Shown piece after piece: positions 31,843-41,436 of a stretch of DNA of 64,000 nt. The position numbers were made by a program, and so were the translations under genes. Every line of letters begins with the position of its first letter. Within the stretch, counting starts at the first letter, position 1. Source of the stretch: a virus (lineage: Duplodnaviria; Caudoviricetes); the IMG/VR virus record IMGVR_UViG_2825252539_000001, positions 64,001 through 128,000 of that record; one strand, written 5' to 3'. Under the pieces are notes generated by a model. That model was not told where the DNA came from, did not search any database, and saw nothing but the letters and a program-made list of their open reading frames with translations.

Positions 31843-32979
31843 TTGAAAACTCGTCGTAATAGGCCAGAACTTAACGATGCCCCCGAACGGCGCAGTATCG
31901 CGTCCGACCAGTTGGAGATTCGCGACAACAGCGAGAATCCGGACACCCTGACGCTCACCGGTTACGCCAGCACCTTCGAGCCGTACGAGATGTACGGCGG
32001 GCCGGCGGCCGGCGGCTGGATCGAGCAGATCGATCCGCACGCGTTCGACAAGACCCTGCGCGAGAAGCCGGATCTTCACCTGTTGGTGAACCATGAAGGC
32101 TGGTCCCTGGGTCGGACCAAGTCAGGCACGTTGAAGCTGGGTGTCGACGGCCATGGACTGCGTGTCGAATCTGATTTGGACCGCAGCGATCCCGACGTTC
32201 AGCGTCTGGAGCCCAAGATGCGTCGCAAGGACATGGACGAGATGTCGTTCGCCTTCCGGGTCAAGGGCCAGGAATGGCGCGCCGCACCGGGATTCGAAGA
32301 TATCGACGAAGAGTCCTATCGGCTCATCACTGAGATCTCCCTGCACAAGGGCGATGTGTCCGTCGTGAACTTCGGCGCCAACCCGACAACCCAAGCTGCA
32401 GTACGAGCACTGCGTCTCCTAGAGGACTGCGACCCTGAGCAGCTCGCCGAGCTGCGTTCCGGCAGCGACCTCGGTCCGCGAGGTTCAGCCATTCTGGAAC
32501 TGCTCAGTGCGTCTGACGAGGTTGAGACCCCCGAGGAAGAGCGTCAGGACGAGGTCGACGAGACCGACGAAGTGACCGAACCCGAAGAGCGGGAGGAGAC
32601 CTCGGACGAGGTCACCGAGACCGAGGAAGAGACCGGTGAGGTCGAAGACGTCGCGGAAGTTGCCGAAGAGATCGACGAGCGTGAAATCACTCTCGAATCT
32701 GTTCTGGCTGACATCGAGTCGGCCGGCCTGGTTGACGCTGTCCGCGAAGCGATTTCGGCTGTCGAGTCTTTCGTTGGCGTCGCCACAGGTATCACCGTCG
32801 ACCAGATTCGCGAGGTTGTCGAAGGCATCATCGCCGAGCGCGAAGCCACTCACGAAACCGAAGAAACGTCTACCGACGAAGAGCGGGCTGACGAGGTCGA
32901 AGAGGACTCCACCGAGTCCGATGAGACCGAGCCCCGGGGCATGAGCCTGCTGCTCGCCCTTTCTCTCGACGAGGACTAA
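31843..32979 (+). CDS. Prohead protease (HK97 family) with acidic C-terminal extension
   Basis: GYASTF, LLVNHEG, MSFAFRV, DVSVVNFGANP; long Glu/Asp-rich tail. Confidence 0.92.
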   Translation: MKTRRNRPELNDAPERRSIASDQLEIRDNSENPDTLTLTGYASTFEPYEMYGGPAAGGWIEQIDPHAFDKTLREKPDLHLLVNHEGWSLGRTKSGTLKLGVDGHGLRVESDLDRSDPDVQRLEPKMRRKDMDEMSFAFRVKGQEWRAAPGFEDIDEESYRLITEISLHKGDVSVVNFGANPTTQAAVRALRLLEDCDPEQLAELRSGSDLGPRGSAILELLSASDEVETPEEERQDEVDETDEVTEPEEREETSDEVTETEEETGEVEDVAEVAEEIDEREITLESVLADIESAGLVDAVREAISAVESFVGVATGITVDQIREVVEGIIAEREATHETEETSTDEERADEVEEDSTESDETEPRGMSLLLALSLDED

Positions 32980-33128
32980 GAACCACACCCGAATCTCATT
33001 CGGGGTCAAAGCCATTGCCTGGCACAGGCATGTCAAAAATCGTCCGATCTGTGGGCGTCCGCGCTGGCACTGCGCGTGAAAAGTCAAGTGTCCGTTGAGG
33101 ACTGACGCACGAAAGGTGCAAATCACTT

Positions 33129-34544
33129 ATGGATAAAATCAAGCAGTTGCAGGAGGCTCGGGCTGCGGCTCTGGCTGCTCTGGATGCAGCGCTGGACGCG
33201 CGCAAGGCCATCACCGACAAGGTCGAGGCCGAGGGTCGCCAGCACCTGACCGAGGACGAGACCGCCGATCTGGCGACCAAGCGTTCCGAGGTTCAGGCCG
33301 CGAAGGATCTGGTCAAGGATCTGGATGCCCAGATCTCTGACGCGCAGGACGACGCGGAACGGTCCGGTCGCAACGACGCCGAGACCCGGCGTGCCACCAC
33401 GGCAGTGACCGAGGTCAAGGAACCCCCGACGTACGAGAAGTACAACGGCAATTCGTACTTCCAGGACTTCGCGCTGACCCAGCTGAATCGGGCGGACGAA
33501 GGCGCGAAGGAACGTCTGCGCCGGCACGTGATCGACGTCGACACCTCGAAGGAACTGCGCAAGTGGGCCAAGGTCGGCGACGAGTTCCGCAACCTGGACC
33601 GCAATGACGGTACCGGTGGCGAGTTCGTGCCCCCGCTGTGGGTCATGGAAGAGTTCGCCGAGGTCGCCCGCTCGGGTCGCCCCTACGCGAACCTGGTCCC
33701 GAATCGTCCGCTTCCCCCGAAGACCGACTCGATCAGCATTCCGAAGGTTCTGACCGGCACTGCGACCGAGATCCAGACCGCGGATAACGCGAACATCTCC
33801 GAGGTCGACCTGACGACCACGAGCTACAGCGCTGGTGTCAAGACCATCGCCGGTATGCAGGGGCTCTCTCTGCAGGCTCTGGAGCAGTCGCCGCTGTCGT
33901 TCGACGACATCATCTTCTCGGACCTGGCTGCGGACTACGCGGTCAAGCTGAACCGCCAGGTGATCTCGGGCTCCGGCTCGGGCAACCAGGTTGTTGGCGT
34001 CCGGGCTACGCCGTCGATCGTCACGATCACCGCTACCGACGCCGGCACCGAGCTGTCGAAGTCGCAGACCGTCTACAAGAAGATCGGCGACGCGATTCAG
34101 CGCGTGCATACCTCGCGGTACCTGTCTCCTCAGGTCATCGTCATGCACCCGCGGCGTTGGCAGGCCTTCTGCACGCTGTTCACCTCTGACGGCCGCCTGG
34201 CGATCGTTCCGGACGGTGCTGGCGTGAACCAGATCGGTGTCTTCGAGAACGTCGCACCGGAGAACGTGGTTGGTCGTCTGCAGGGTCTGCCTGTGGTCGT
34301 CGACCCGAACATGCCCACCACGCTGGGCGCCGGCACCAACCAGGACGTCGTGCACGTTCTGCGCGCGTCGGACCTGCACCTGTACGAGTCGAGCGTTCGT
34401 ACCGGCGTCTTCACGGAGACCCGGGCCGAGGGCCTGACCGTCCTGCTGCGCCTGCACGGCTACCTGGCCTTCTCGGCTGCTCGGTACCCGCAGAGCGTTG
34501 TGGAGATCGGCGGCACCGCGCTGACCGCTCCGACCTTCGCCTAA
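33129..34544 (+). CDS. Major capsid protein (HK97 fold with N-terminal scaffold domain)
   Basis: Coiled-coil N-terminus, GGEFVPP, GSGSGNQVVG, VMHP, LQGLPVVVDPN; strong codon bias. Confidence 0.95.
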   Translation: MDKIKQLQEARAAALAALDAALDARKAITDKVEAEGRQHLTEDETADLATKRSEVQAAKDLVKDLDAQISDAQDDAERSGRNDAETRRATTAVTEVKEPPTYEKYNGNSYFQDFALTQLNRADEGAKERLRRHVIDVDTSKELRKWAKVGDEFRNLDRNDGTGGEFVPPLWVMEEFAEVARSGRPYANLVPNRPLPPKTDSISIPKVLTGTATEIQTADNANISEVDLTTTSYSAGVKTIAGMQGLSLQALEQSPLSFDDIIFSDLAADYAVKLNRQVISGSGSGNQVVGVRATPSIVTITATDAGTELSKSQTVYKKIGDAIQRVHTSRYLSPQVIVMHPRRWQAFCTLFTSDGRLAIVPDGAGVNQIGVFENVAPENVVGRLQGLPVVVDPNMPTTLGAGTNQDVVHVLRASDLHLYESSVRTGVFTETRAEGLTVLLRLHGYLAFSAARYPQSVVEIGGTALTAPTFA

Positions 34545-34584
34545 CGAGGGTCAAAACCTCTAGTTGATTGGAGTTGACCAAGCG

Positions 34585-35271
34585 TTGATAAGCCTTCTTC
34601 TGCCCACGAGGCAGCGCCCAAAGGAACTGTCACGCTTGGTTGACTCTGTCAACGCAACTGCTGCGCATCCCTGGGACATCGAGCTGGTTACCCATATCGA
34701 TGACGATGACTATTCGTACGACGATCTCGACCTTGATATTCAATGGCTCAAGATCGGCGGTCCTAGGGAGCGCGCGGGGTTGGTCAATCTCTCGGCGATG
34801 TGGAACGACTGCTACGCAGCGTCTTCCGGCGACATCATCATGCACTGCGGTGATGACATCGTCTTTAGGACAGAGGGTTGGGACGTAACCGTCCGCGAGA
34901 CCTTCGGCACCGTCGCAGACAAAATCCTCTTCGCCTTCGGCCGAGACGGAATCCAAACCAACTTCGGCACACACGGATTCGTTCATCGCCGCTGGATCGA
35001 GACAGTGGGGTACTGGTTTCCACCACTGTTCGTCAGCGACTACAACGACACGTTCTTAAACGATGTCGCGAAGCTCATCGGCCGGCACGCGGAGATCGAC
35101 ATCGAAACCGAGCACCTGCACTACATCGTAGGTAAGGCGCCGATCGACCAGAACACCCGTGAGCGGTTGGACCGCCACGAGAAACATCGACCGCAGGATC
35201 TCTACGAGAGCGCCGCGGTCCAAGACATGATCAAAGAAGCCGCTGAGCGGCTTAGGGGAGCAATGCAATGA
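34585..35271 (+). CDS. Glycosyltransferase (GT-A, GT2-like)
   Basis: ISLLLPTRQRP, HIDDDD, MHCGDDIVF and YNDT motifs. Confidence 0.85.
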   Translation: MISLLLPTRQRPKELSRLVDSVNATAAHPWDIELVTHIDDDDYSYDDLDLDIQWLKIGGPRERAGLVNLSAMWNDCYAASSGDIIMHCGDDIVFRTEGWDVTVRETFGTVADKILFAFGRDGIQTNFGTHGFVHRRWIETVGYWFPPLFVSDYNDTFLNDVAKLIGRHAEIDIETEHLHYIVGKAPIDQNTRERLDRHEKHRPQDLYESAAVQDMIKEAAERLRGAMQ

Positions 35272-35416
35272 GCCGGCGTAAACACTGCCCGCACGTCAGA
35301 CTGCGGGGTATCTACGGCGACGAAATCAATCACACTCCGGGATACCGGCGAAACCAGTGCCTCGACTGCGGCCGGTTGTTGGACGGGCCAGTATCGATCG
35401 CTGTGTCGAGGCCGGC

Positions 35417-35971
35417 GTGACTGTTTGGACTATTGCGATCTGCACCGTGGAGCAGCGCAAGGGGATGTTGCGTCGACTGTTGAACCGGTTGGAGCCCCAG
35501 GTCGGCGAACGCGACATCGAACTGCTCATCAATGGCGACGACATACCGCTGAGCGAGAAACGCCAGTGGTGTTTGGACAACGCTCGGGGAGAGTACTTCT
35601 GCTTCATCGACGATGACGACCTGGTCGCCGAGAACTACGTAGACGCGATCTACCCGCTGCTGGACGGAATCGACTATGTCGGGTTCCAGCTGCAGTACTA
35701 CCACAACGGAGAACCGTGGAAGCCGACCTTCCACTCGCTTCGTTACGGTGTGCACACCATCGAGGCTGATGAGCAGGGTTTCTACCGCGGCGTGAGTCAC
35801 CTCAACCCAATCCGGACGGAAATCGCCCGACAGGGGCGGTATTTCGGTGGATACGGCGAGGATAACCGCTGGTCTGAACAGGTCAACCCGGGGACAGAAT
35901 ACTACGTCGACCAGGTGATGTACCACTACTACTTCAACGAAGCTACATCGCTGACCTATGGTCGCGAATAG
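35417..35971 (+). CDS. Glycosyltransferase (GT2-like)
   Basis: WTIAICT, ARGEYFCFIDDDD, GED motifs. Confidence 0.88.
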   Translation: MTVWTIAICTVEQRKGMLRRLLNRLEPQVGERDIELLINGDDIPLSEKRQWCLDNARGEYFCFIDDDDLVAENYVDAIYPLLDGIDYVGFQLQYYHNGEPWKPTFHSLRYGVHTIEADEQGFYRGVSHLNPIRTEIARQGRYFGGYGEDNRWSEQVNPGTEYYVDQVMYHYYFNEATSLTYGRE

Positions 35972-36122
35972 GCCATATTTGGCGCCTTATGCCTGAAATA
36001 TGGCGTTTAAGAGCCATATTCGGCACTTTATCTCTCAAATGCGCTGTTATGCGCGAAATTTCGAGCTTAAGGGCGTAATCGGCCGATGCTCGACTTTTGT
36101 ATCATCTCAAAGGGGAACTGAG

Positions 36123-37346
36123 ATCAAAGTAGGCATGATCGGGCTGGGCGCCCTCGGCACGCCCGTTGCCCTGGCCATCGACGCCGTCGGGTACGAGGTA
36201 TTCGGCTACGACGTCGACACAACCAAGCGGGACAACCTCGCGAATCGGTGGCATCCACACCGCGAGGAGAATATCGAACCGCTGCTGGAGAATCACAAGA
36301 TTCAGTGGTGTGACTCTATTTTCGACGTCGTCGAGTCTGCCGACCTCGTGTTCGTCGCCATCCAGACGCCGCATGCACCTCAATTTGAGGGCACCATGCC
36401 GCTTCAAGATCCGTCCGAAGACTTCGACTACTCGTATCTGGTCGACGCGATCGAGGAGATCGCAGACGCCTGCGCCGAGCTGCAGAAGCGCAAGATCATC
36501 GCGGTGATCTCGACCTGCCTCCCGGGCACGTTCGAGCGCGAGATTGAACCACTCCTCAACGAATACATCGACTACGCCCACACGCCGCAGTTCATCGCGA
36601 TGGGCCGAGTGATCGAGGACTACCTCCTACCGGAGTTCAACCTCATCGGCGTCCAGGACAAAGCGGTCGGCATGCGACTCGAAGAGTTCTTCGCGGTCAT
36701 CAACGATGCGCCCTGCGTTGTCACTGACGTAACCACGGCCGAAGGTGCCAAGCTGGCCTACAACTGCCTCTTGGGAACCAAGATCGCTGTCGCCAACGCG
36801 TGGGGTGAGCTGAGCGAACGGCTCGGCATGAACTTCGACGACATCTACAAGACGTGGACGCTCTCGACCCGCCGGCTGCTCTCGCCGCTGTACCTGCGTG
36901 CCGGCATGTCCGACGGTGGTGGCTGTCATCCTCGCGACAACATCGCGATGTCCTGGCTCGCCAACAAGGCGGAGATGTCTTGCGACATCTGGGGCAACCT
37001 CATGGAGGCCCGCGAGGAGACCGAGGCGTGGCATGCAGAAGTCGCCGCAGCCGCTTCCGAGGAACTGGGTCTGCCACTCATTCTCCTGGGTCGAGCATTC
37101 AAGCCCGAGACCGACATCGAGACAGGCAGTCCCGCAATCCTCATGGCGAACATCCTTCGCGGGATGGGCGAGAAGTTCATCCATGTGAACGACCTCGACG
37201 ACCTTCCCCAAGCCGTGTACTTCATCGCCACGGACAACGAGCGCTATCGCGAATACCCCTTCCCTGAAGGGTCATTGATCATCGATCCATTCGGGTCGAT
37301 GCCGGCAAGAGAGGGTGTTGAGATCTACCGATTGGGTCGCCATTGA
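36123..37346 (+). CDS. UDP-glucose/GDP-mannose dehydrogenase family protein
   Basis: Rossmann KVGMIGLGALG, AIQTP, STCLPGT, AEGAKLAYN, catalytic GGGCHPRD, GRAFKPETD. Start uncertain (ATC 36123 or ATG 36135). Confidence 0.92.
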   Translation: MKVGMIGLGALGTPVALAIDAVGYEVFGYDVDTTKRDNLANRWHPHREENIEPLLENHKIQWCDSIFDVVESADLVFVAIQTPHAPQFEGTMPLQDPSEDFDYSYLVDAIEEIADACAELQKRKIIAVISTCLPGTFEREIEPLLNEYIDYAHTPQFIAMGRVIEDYLLPEFNLIGVQDKAVGMRLEEFFAVINDAPCVVTDVTTAEGAKLAYNCLLGTKIAVANAWGELSERLGMNFDDIYKTWTLSTRRLLSPLYLRAGMSDGGGCHPRDNIAMSWLANKAEMSCDIWGNLMEAREETEAWHAEVAAAASEELGLPLILLGRAFKPETDIETGSPAILMANILRGMGEKFIHVNDLDDLPQAVYFIATDNERYREYPFPEGSLIIDPFGSMPAREGVEIYRLGRH

Positions 37347-37549
37347 ACGAGTTCCGTAAGGGTGACGACGTCATCGTTGAATACGAGGACGAGGATCACC
37401 TCGCGCATATCGATCGCATCGAAAGTGGCGGCTGGTGTTTCGTCACGATGGCTATCGACCCTGAACTGGATTACGGTCCGGGGACTTCCCTCCTAGCGCC
37501 ATATCAGACGGTCTGTGTCCCACTGAGCCGGGTGAGACCCCGTGATTAG
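37343..37549 (+). CDS. Small SH3-like hypothetical protein
   Basis: Begins FRKGDDVIVE; coupled to neighbours. Confidence 0.6.
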   Translation: MNEFRKGDDVIVEYEDEDHLAHIDRIESGGWCFVTMAIDPELDYGPGTSLLAPYQTVCVPLSRVRPRD

Positions 37550-37738
37550 TGTGACGTGGGACCAGGTCGACGAGCTTATCGACATTCGCGAGGAGATCTG
37601 CCGGCATTCTCCAGGTTGGTACATCGCCGAGTGCGCCTGCGGCTGGGAAACAACCGGCGGTGAGCCCAACGTCGAAGACTGGGCCTTTGAGCACGTCGCT
37701 GAACACCTCGCCGACGAGCGTGATTGCGGGTTCCCCGG

Positions 37739-38389
37739 ATGAAGGTCGTTGGACTCCTCAACTGGTATGAGGAATCACCCGCTTGGCTGATTGAGACGGT
37801 CGCCAGCGTATCGAAATTGTGCGACCACATCATCGCAGTCGACGGCCCGTATGCGGCCTTCCCTGGCGCGCGGAAAACACCGTACAGCGGCTCTGAGCAA
37901 GCTGACGCGATCTTCCACACCGCGGCCGGCCTCGGGATGGGCTGCACCATCCACACACCCCGCCAACCATGGTTGGGCGGTGAAGTAGAGAAGCGGGACT
38001 TCATGTTCCGCATCGGGGAAACCTTCACCACCGAGAACGATTGGTACTTCCGGATCGATGCCGACGAGATCCTGACTGATGTACCCGTCGGAACACGCTC
38101 CCAACTGGAGAACTCCGCCTGGGACGTCGGTGAGGTCACATTGTGGGAACGCGAGTTCAACGGAGAGAGCGACTTTCGCTGCCTCTTCCGCGCTCGTCGT
38201 GGCCTAGAGATCCGTGGAAACCACTACACCGTCGCCGATGGCGACAGGGTACTTAACGGCAGCCTTCAGGTGCCGGCGCTACCCCTTCCATATATGCGTT
38301 TGGAACATCGCTCTCACATGAGACCCGCCGAGCGCCAGCGACTTAAGAAGTCGTACTACGAACTGATACCGAAACTAGAGGTTGATTGA
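37739..38389 (+). CDS. Glycosyltransferase-like protein (GT2-related)
   Basis: IIAVDGPY, EVEKR and DWYFRIDADE (DxD motif). Confidence 0.8.
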   Translation: MKVVGLLNWYEESPAWLIETVASVSKLCDHIIAVDGPYAAFPGARKTPYSGSEQADAIFHTAAGLGMGCTIHTPRQPWLGGEVEKRDFMFRIGETFTTENDWYFRIDADEILTDVPVGTRSQLENSAWDVGEVTLWEREFNGESDFRCLFRARRGLEIRGNHYTVADGDRVLNGSLQVPALPLPYMRLEHRSHMRPAERQRLKKSYYELIPKLEVD

Positions 38390-38679
38390 TGAGCATTGGC
38401 AGAGTCGAAAAGACTGCCGACGAAGTCCGGGATGTGAATGGCGCGTACATCGACGCCTACCTCGCGGAATACAAGAGCTTCATAGAGCACGACGATCCCC
38501 GCGCCGATGAGGTAGCGGATACCCTCCGTCAGCTCGGCCACGAAGTCGAAAGACAACCGCGCCCAACCGAGGGCACGAAGGAACGGGCAGTCAGTCCCGA
38601 ACCCCTCGAAACAGCCGTCGAATCCGACACCCCACCGAAGCGTCGGGGTCGTCCGCGGAGCACTGCTGACGCAGAGTAA
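38386..38679 (+). CDS. Small protein with AT-hook-like basic tail
   Basis: PKRRGRPR near the C-terminus; located in the head-tail region. Confidence 0.6.
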   Translation: MMSIGRVEKTADEVRDVNGAYIDAYLAEYKSFIEHDDPRADEVADTLRQLGHEVERQPRPTEGTKERAVSPEPLETAVESDTPPKRRGRPRSTADAE

Positions 38680-38689
38680 GGAGTGCTAG

Positions 38690-39256
38690 GTGGCTGAGGA
38701 TCTCACCCCGGCCGACGTCGAGGAATACACCGACGGACGCCTTCCACAGGGCGCGAACGGGACACAGCGCGCCCTGAATGCCGCCCTTGCACGAGTCCGC
38801 AACTACTGCGGATGGCATGTCTCGCCCGTGCGGTCAGAAACCATCGTCAAGAACGGCACTAACGACAGGTGGCTCAGCCTGCCGACGCTGAAGATCGTTG
38901 AGGTTACAGAGGTCACCGAGTGTGGCGTTGTCTTGGATCTCAGCACCATCAAGCAGTCGGCCGACGAACCAGGCTTCCTAGTCAAGCAGTGCGGTCACTG
39001 GCGGTACGGACTGAGCAACATCGAGGTCGAGCTATCGCACGGTTTCACCGCAGACGAGGCCGCAGACTTCCGTGAAGCGGTTCTAGGCCTGATCGACACA
39101 GCATCGTTGAGCATCGGCTCCAGTAATGGCGGCCCGGTGATCTTCGAGCGAGTCGACGACGTTGAAACCCACTGGTCTGCACTGCCATCTGCCATCGAGA
39201 ACACACCCATGGACAAGTCGACGCTTGCGCGTTACCGAATCTTGCCCTTTGCCTAA
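38690..39256 (+). CDS. Head-to-tail adaptor
   Basis: RNYCGWHVSP, LSLPTLKI, VELSHGF, ERVDDV. Confidence 0.85.
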   Translation: MAEDLTPADVEEYTDGRLPQGANGTQRALNAALARVRNYCGWHVSPVRSETIVKNGTNDRWLSLPTLKIVEVTEVTECGVVLDLSTIKQSADEPGFLVKQCGHWRYGLSNIEVELSHGFTADEAADFREAVLGLIDTASLSIGSSNGGPVIFERVDDVETHWSALPSAIENTPMDKSTLARYRILPFA

Positions 39257-39589
39257 GGATTAGCCCTGTCCATCGTAGACGTCATAGCGGAGGGGTTTCG
39301 AAGCGGATTGCCACACCCCGGGAATCCTCTCCTGAACCAAAAGCCCAGCACGATTGTGCTGCCTGGCATGAATCTTCGCGGCCTCCATCCAGATCTCATG
39401 GCGAAGTTCGCCGAGGATGCCGGCCTACCGTCCTCAGATTTCCCCAGACTTCTCGCTGAAGCGGTTGTCAACCTCATTCAGACGACCGGTAAGAGCGACA
39501 TCGTCGAGAGAGTGGTTCCCGAGCAGGAGGTCCAGGAAGAACGCACCTGGAAGACCACCTACAAATTCCGAAAGACTGAGGAGTAGCCG

Positions 39590-39841
39590 ATGTCCTCACG
39601 CTTGAAGGTCACCATTGACGGCAAGGTCGTCATGGACGGTGACACCGGCTCGTGGCAGCAGCGCCCACCGGAATTCATTGCCACGCAACTGAATAACATG
39701 TCTTCCAGCGCGCCGGCTCCGTATATCCGAGCCCTGATGCTGGTCATTGCCGAGTCCGCTATGACGCAGACTTCCGCCGAGGCCGATATCACAACCTCGG
39801 GTAAAGACTGGTCCCTGAGTGTCAAGTACGCCATCGAGTGA
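39590..39841 (+). CDS. Hypothetical protein (connector region)
   Basis: Good SD (GAGGAG); coupled to the next gene. Confidence 0.65.
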   Translation: MSSRLKVTIDGKVVMDGDTGSWQQRPPEFIATQLNNMSSSAPAPYIRALMLVIAESAMTQTSAEADITTSGKDWSLSVKYAIE

Positions 39842-40182
39842 CCCGGCTCGGTAACCAGGTAGTCACGTTTGTGTCGTACGAGGATTCCGGGTCGGCCGGT
39901 GCATTGGGTACGTACACCCCGTCTGAAACAACCGTGGACGTACCCGGTTGCCATCACCGACCGATGGCGTTTCGCGAAACGGCAGAGTTCGACGTCGACA
40001 TCGCGACACAAGTCTGGAAAACGACAGCCCCTCCGAAACCTGCAGTTCTCGCAGCACAGGCGGAGGGCGAAATCCGTGTCAACGGAGTGGCTTACAAGAT
40101 CATCGGTGGCCCCAGATGCCACGTCGACAGAGTGGGCCGACCCTTCAAAGTAACGATCATTTCACAGCAACTGAGCGGTTAA
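39838..40182 (+). CDS. Head-to-tail stopper
   Basis: VPGCHHRP, WKTTAPP, YKIIGG; synteny. Confidence 0.8.
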   Translation: MTRLGNQVVTFVSYEDSGSAGALGTYTPSETTVDVPGCHHRPMAFRETAEFDVDIATQVWKTTAPPKPAVLAAQAEGEIRVNGVAYKIIGGPRCHVDRVGRPFKVTIISQQLSG

Positions 40183-40445
40183 GGAAACCATGGCCAGATA
40201 CTGGATTGAAAAGCCCTGCAGCTATTTGCAGGATGGAAAGGCCGTGGTGCACACCCGTGTTCCCGCCTTGCCCGTAGAACTCACCGACGACATCGCGGCG
40301 GGACTCGGCGACATCGTCCGAGCCGTCAACGAAAATCCGGACGTCCCGGATGCGCCTGTAGAGGCCGACCCTCCCAAGCGGGGCCGCGGCAGGACTGCAA
40401 GCGATATCGCGCCGGCTCCCGAAGTAGACCCCGCACCGGAGGGCG

Positions 40446-40859
40446 ATGGGAGTTGATCGCACTCGACTCCGAGTAGAGATCGAGAATGAGATTCGCGAAA
40501 AGGCACCCGAAGATCCTGACGTCAAGCGACAGACGCGAGAGTTCGCGCTAGAAGTTCGCGACTACGCCCGGATGCGCGCGCTCCAGGACATGGATCGCGG
40601 CTACGCCACTGGTCATTTTGTCGAATCCATTCAAATACAACGTCTTCGGCGATGGTGGCGCAAGACGATGCCGAACTGGCGCATCTTCAGCGATGATCCC
40701 AAATCCCACATGCTCGAAGACGGCACGGGTGACGACGCGCCAGGCACTCACTCACCCTGGGGTCGATTCACGCCAACCCCTGCGTATCACACATTCGCCA
40801 AGACCGCCTTTCACTTTGGCGGCACACCAGATGGCGGAGTCGACGAAATCGAGGTGTAG
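40446..40859 (+). CDS. Tail completion / HK97 gp10-like protein
   Basis: TGHFVESI, HMLEDGT, TPAYHTFAKTA. Confidence 0.7.
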   Translation: MGVDRTRLRVEIENEIREKAPEDPDVKRQTREFALEVRDYARMRALQDMDRGYATGHFVESIQIQRLRRWWRKTMPNWRIFSDDPKSHMLEDGTGDDAPGTHSPWGRFTPTPAYHTFAKTAFHFGGTPDGGVDEIEV

Positions 40860-40861
40860 CG

Positions 40862-41275
40862 ATGTACGACGAAGCTCCCGAGGACGTCGAAGAGGTGCTG
40901 GTTGTCTGGCTCGGCCAGATCCATCGCGCCGCGGTCACGCGTCGCAATAAGGACCCGCTGCCATTCATCCTCGTCAGGCATATAGACGGCAAAGAGGACA
41001 CCATCACCGGAACGGCGGATTTCCTTGTCTCCGTGCGCGTTCTGTCTGATAAGAATCTCGGCGAAGATGCCGCGGCCGAGGCCGCAAAAGACGTTCACCG
41101 TCAGATGTTGGAACTAGCCCAGTATCTCCCTGACGTCCCGCTGTCGAGCGGTAGAAACGCTTCGCTCGACTACGTCACAGTCACTCAGTCGCCTCGTTGG
41201 GTTCCCTACGACAACGACCAAGTGCTCTGCAAACAGGCCCAATACCAAATCGGCCTTTCTTACGCACCCGCGTAA
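40862..41275 (+). CDS. Tail terminator
   Basis: PEDVEEVLVVWL...DPLPFILV; immediately before the major tail gene. Confidence 0.8.
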   Translation: MYDEAPEDVEEVLVVWLGQIHRAAVTRRNKDPLPFILVRHIDGKEDTITGTADFLVSVRVLSDKNLGEDAAAEAAKDVHRQMLELAQYLPDVPLSSGRNASLDYVTVTQSPRWVPYDNDQVLCKQAQYQIGLSYAPA

Positions 41276-41436
41276 TCACCTAACAACCCGCGAATGCCCC
41301 TGGCACTGGGGCTATTTGAAGTCGCCTGTCGGCGGCGCGCGCTGAACCGAGGCGCGTACACGATCAAGCAAATCAATCTTTTGGGCGCTGACCTGGCACT
41401 GGCGAAGTCCGAGTTTCCCTATGAAAGGAGATGCCT

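Noticed and set aside
33089-33120. Hammerhead-like pieces (GTCC-GTTGA-GGAC, CTGACG, GAAA)
   Set aside because: The order and core (CUGANGA-stem II-GAAA) do not match a hammerhead ribozyme.
33123-34457. Long antisense ORF (444 aa) opposite the capsid gene, and a similar one at 41611-42618
   Set aside because: Shadow frames produced by strong GC3 codon bias; no recognisable motifs.
36000-36122. N-terminal 41-aa extension of the dehydrogenase shown in the ORF track
   Set aside because: AT-rich, non-coding-like sequence with no SD; family homology starts at IKVGMIG.
33019-41399. TGGCAC read as a sigma-54 -24 box
   Set aside because: No TTGC at -12, and mycobacteria lack sigma-54; the hairpin context fits better.
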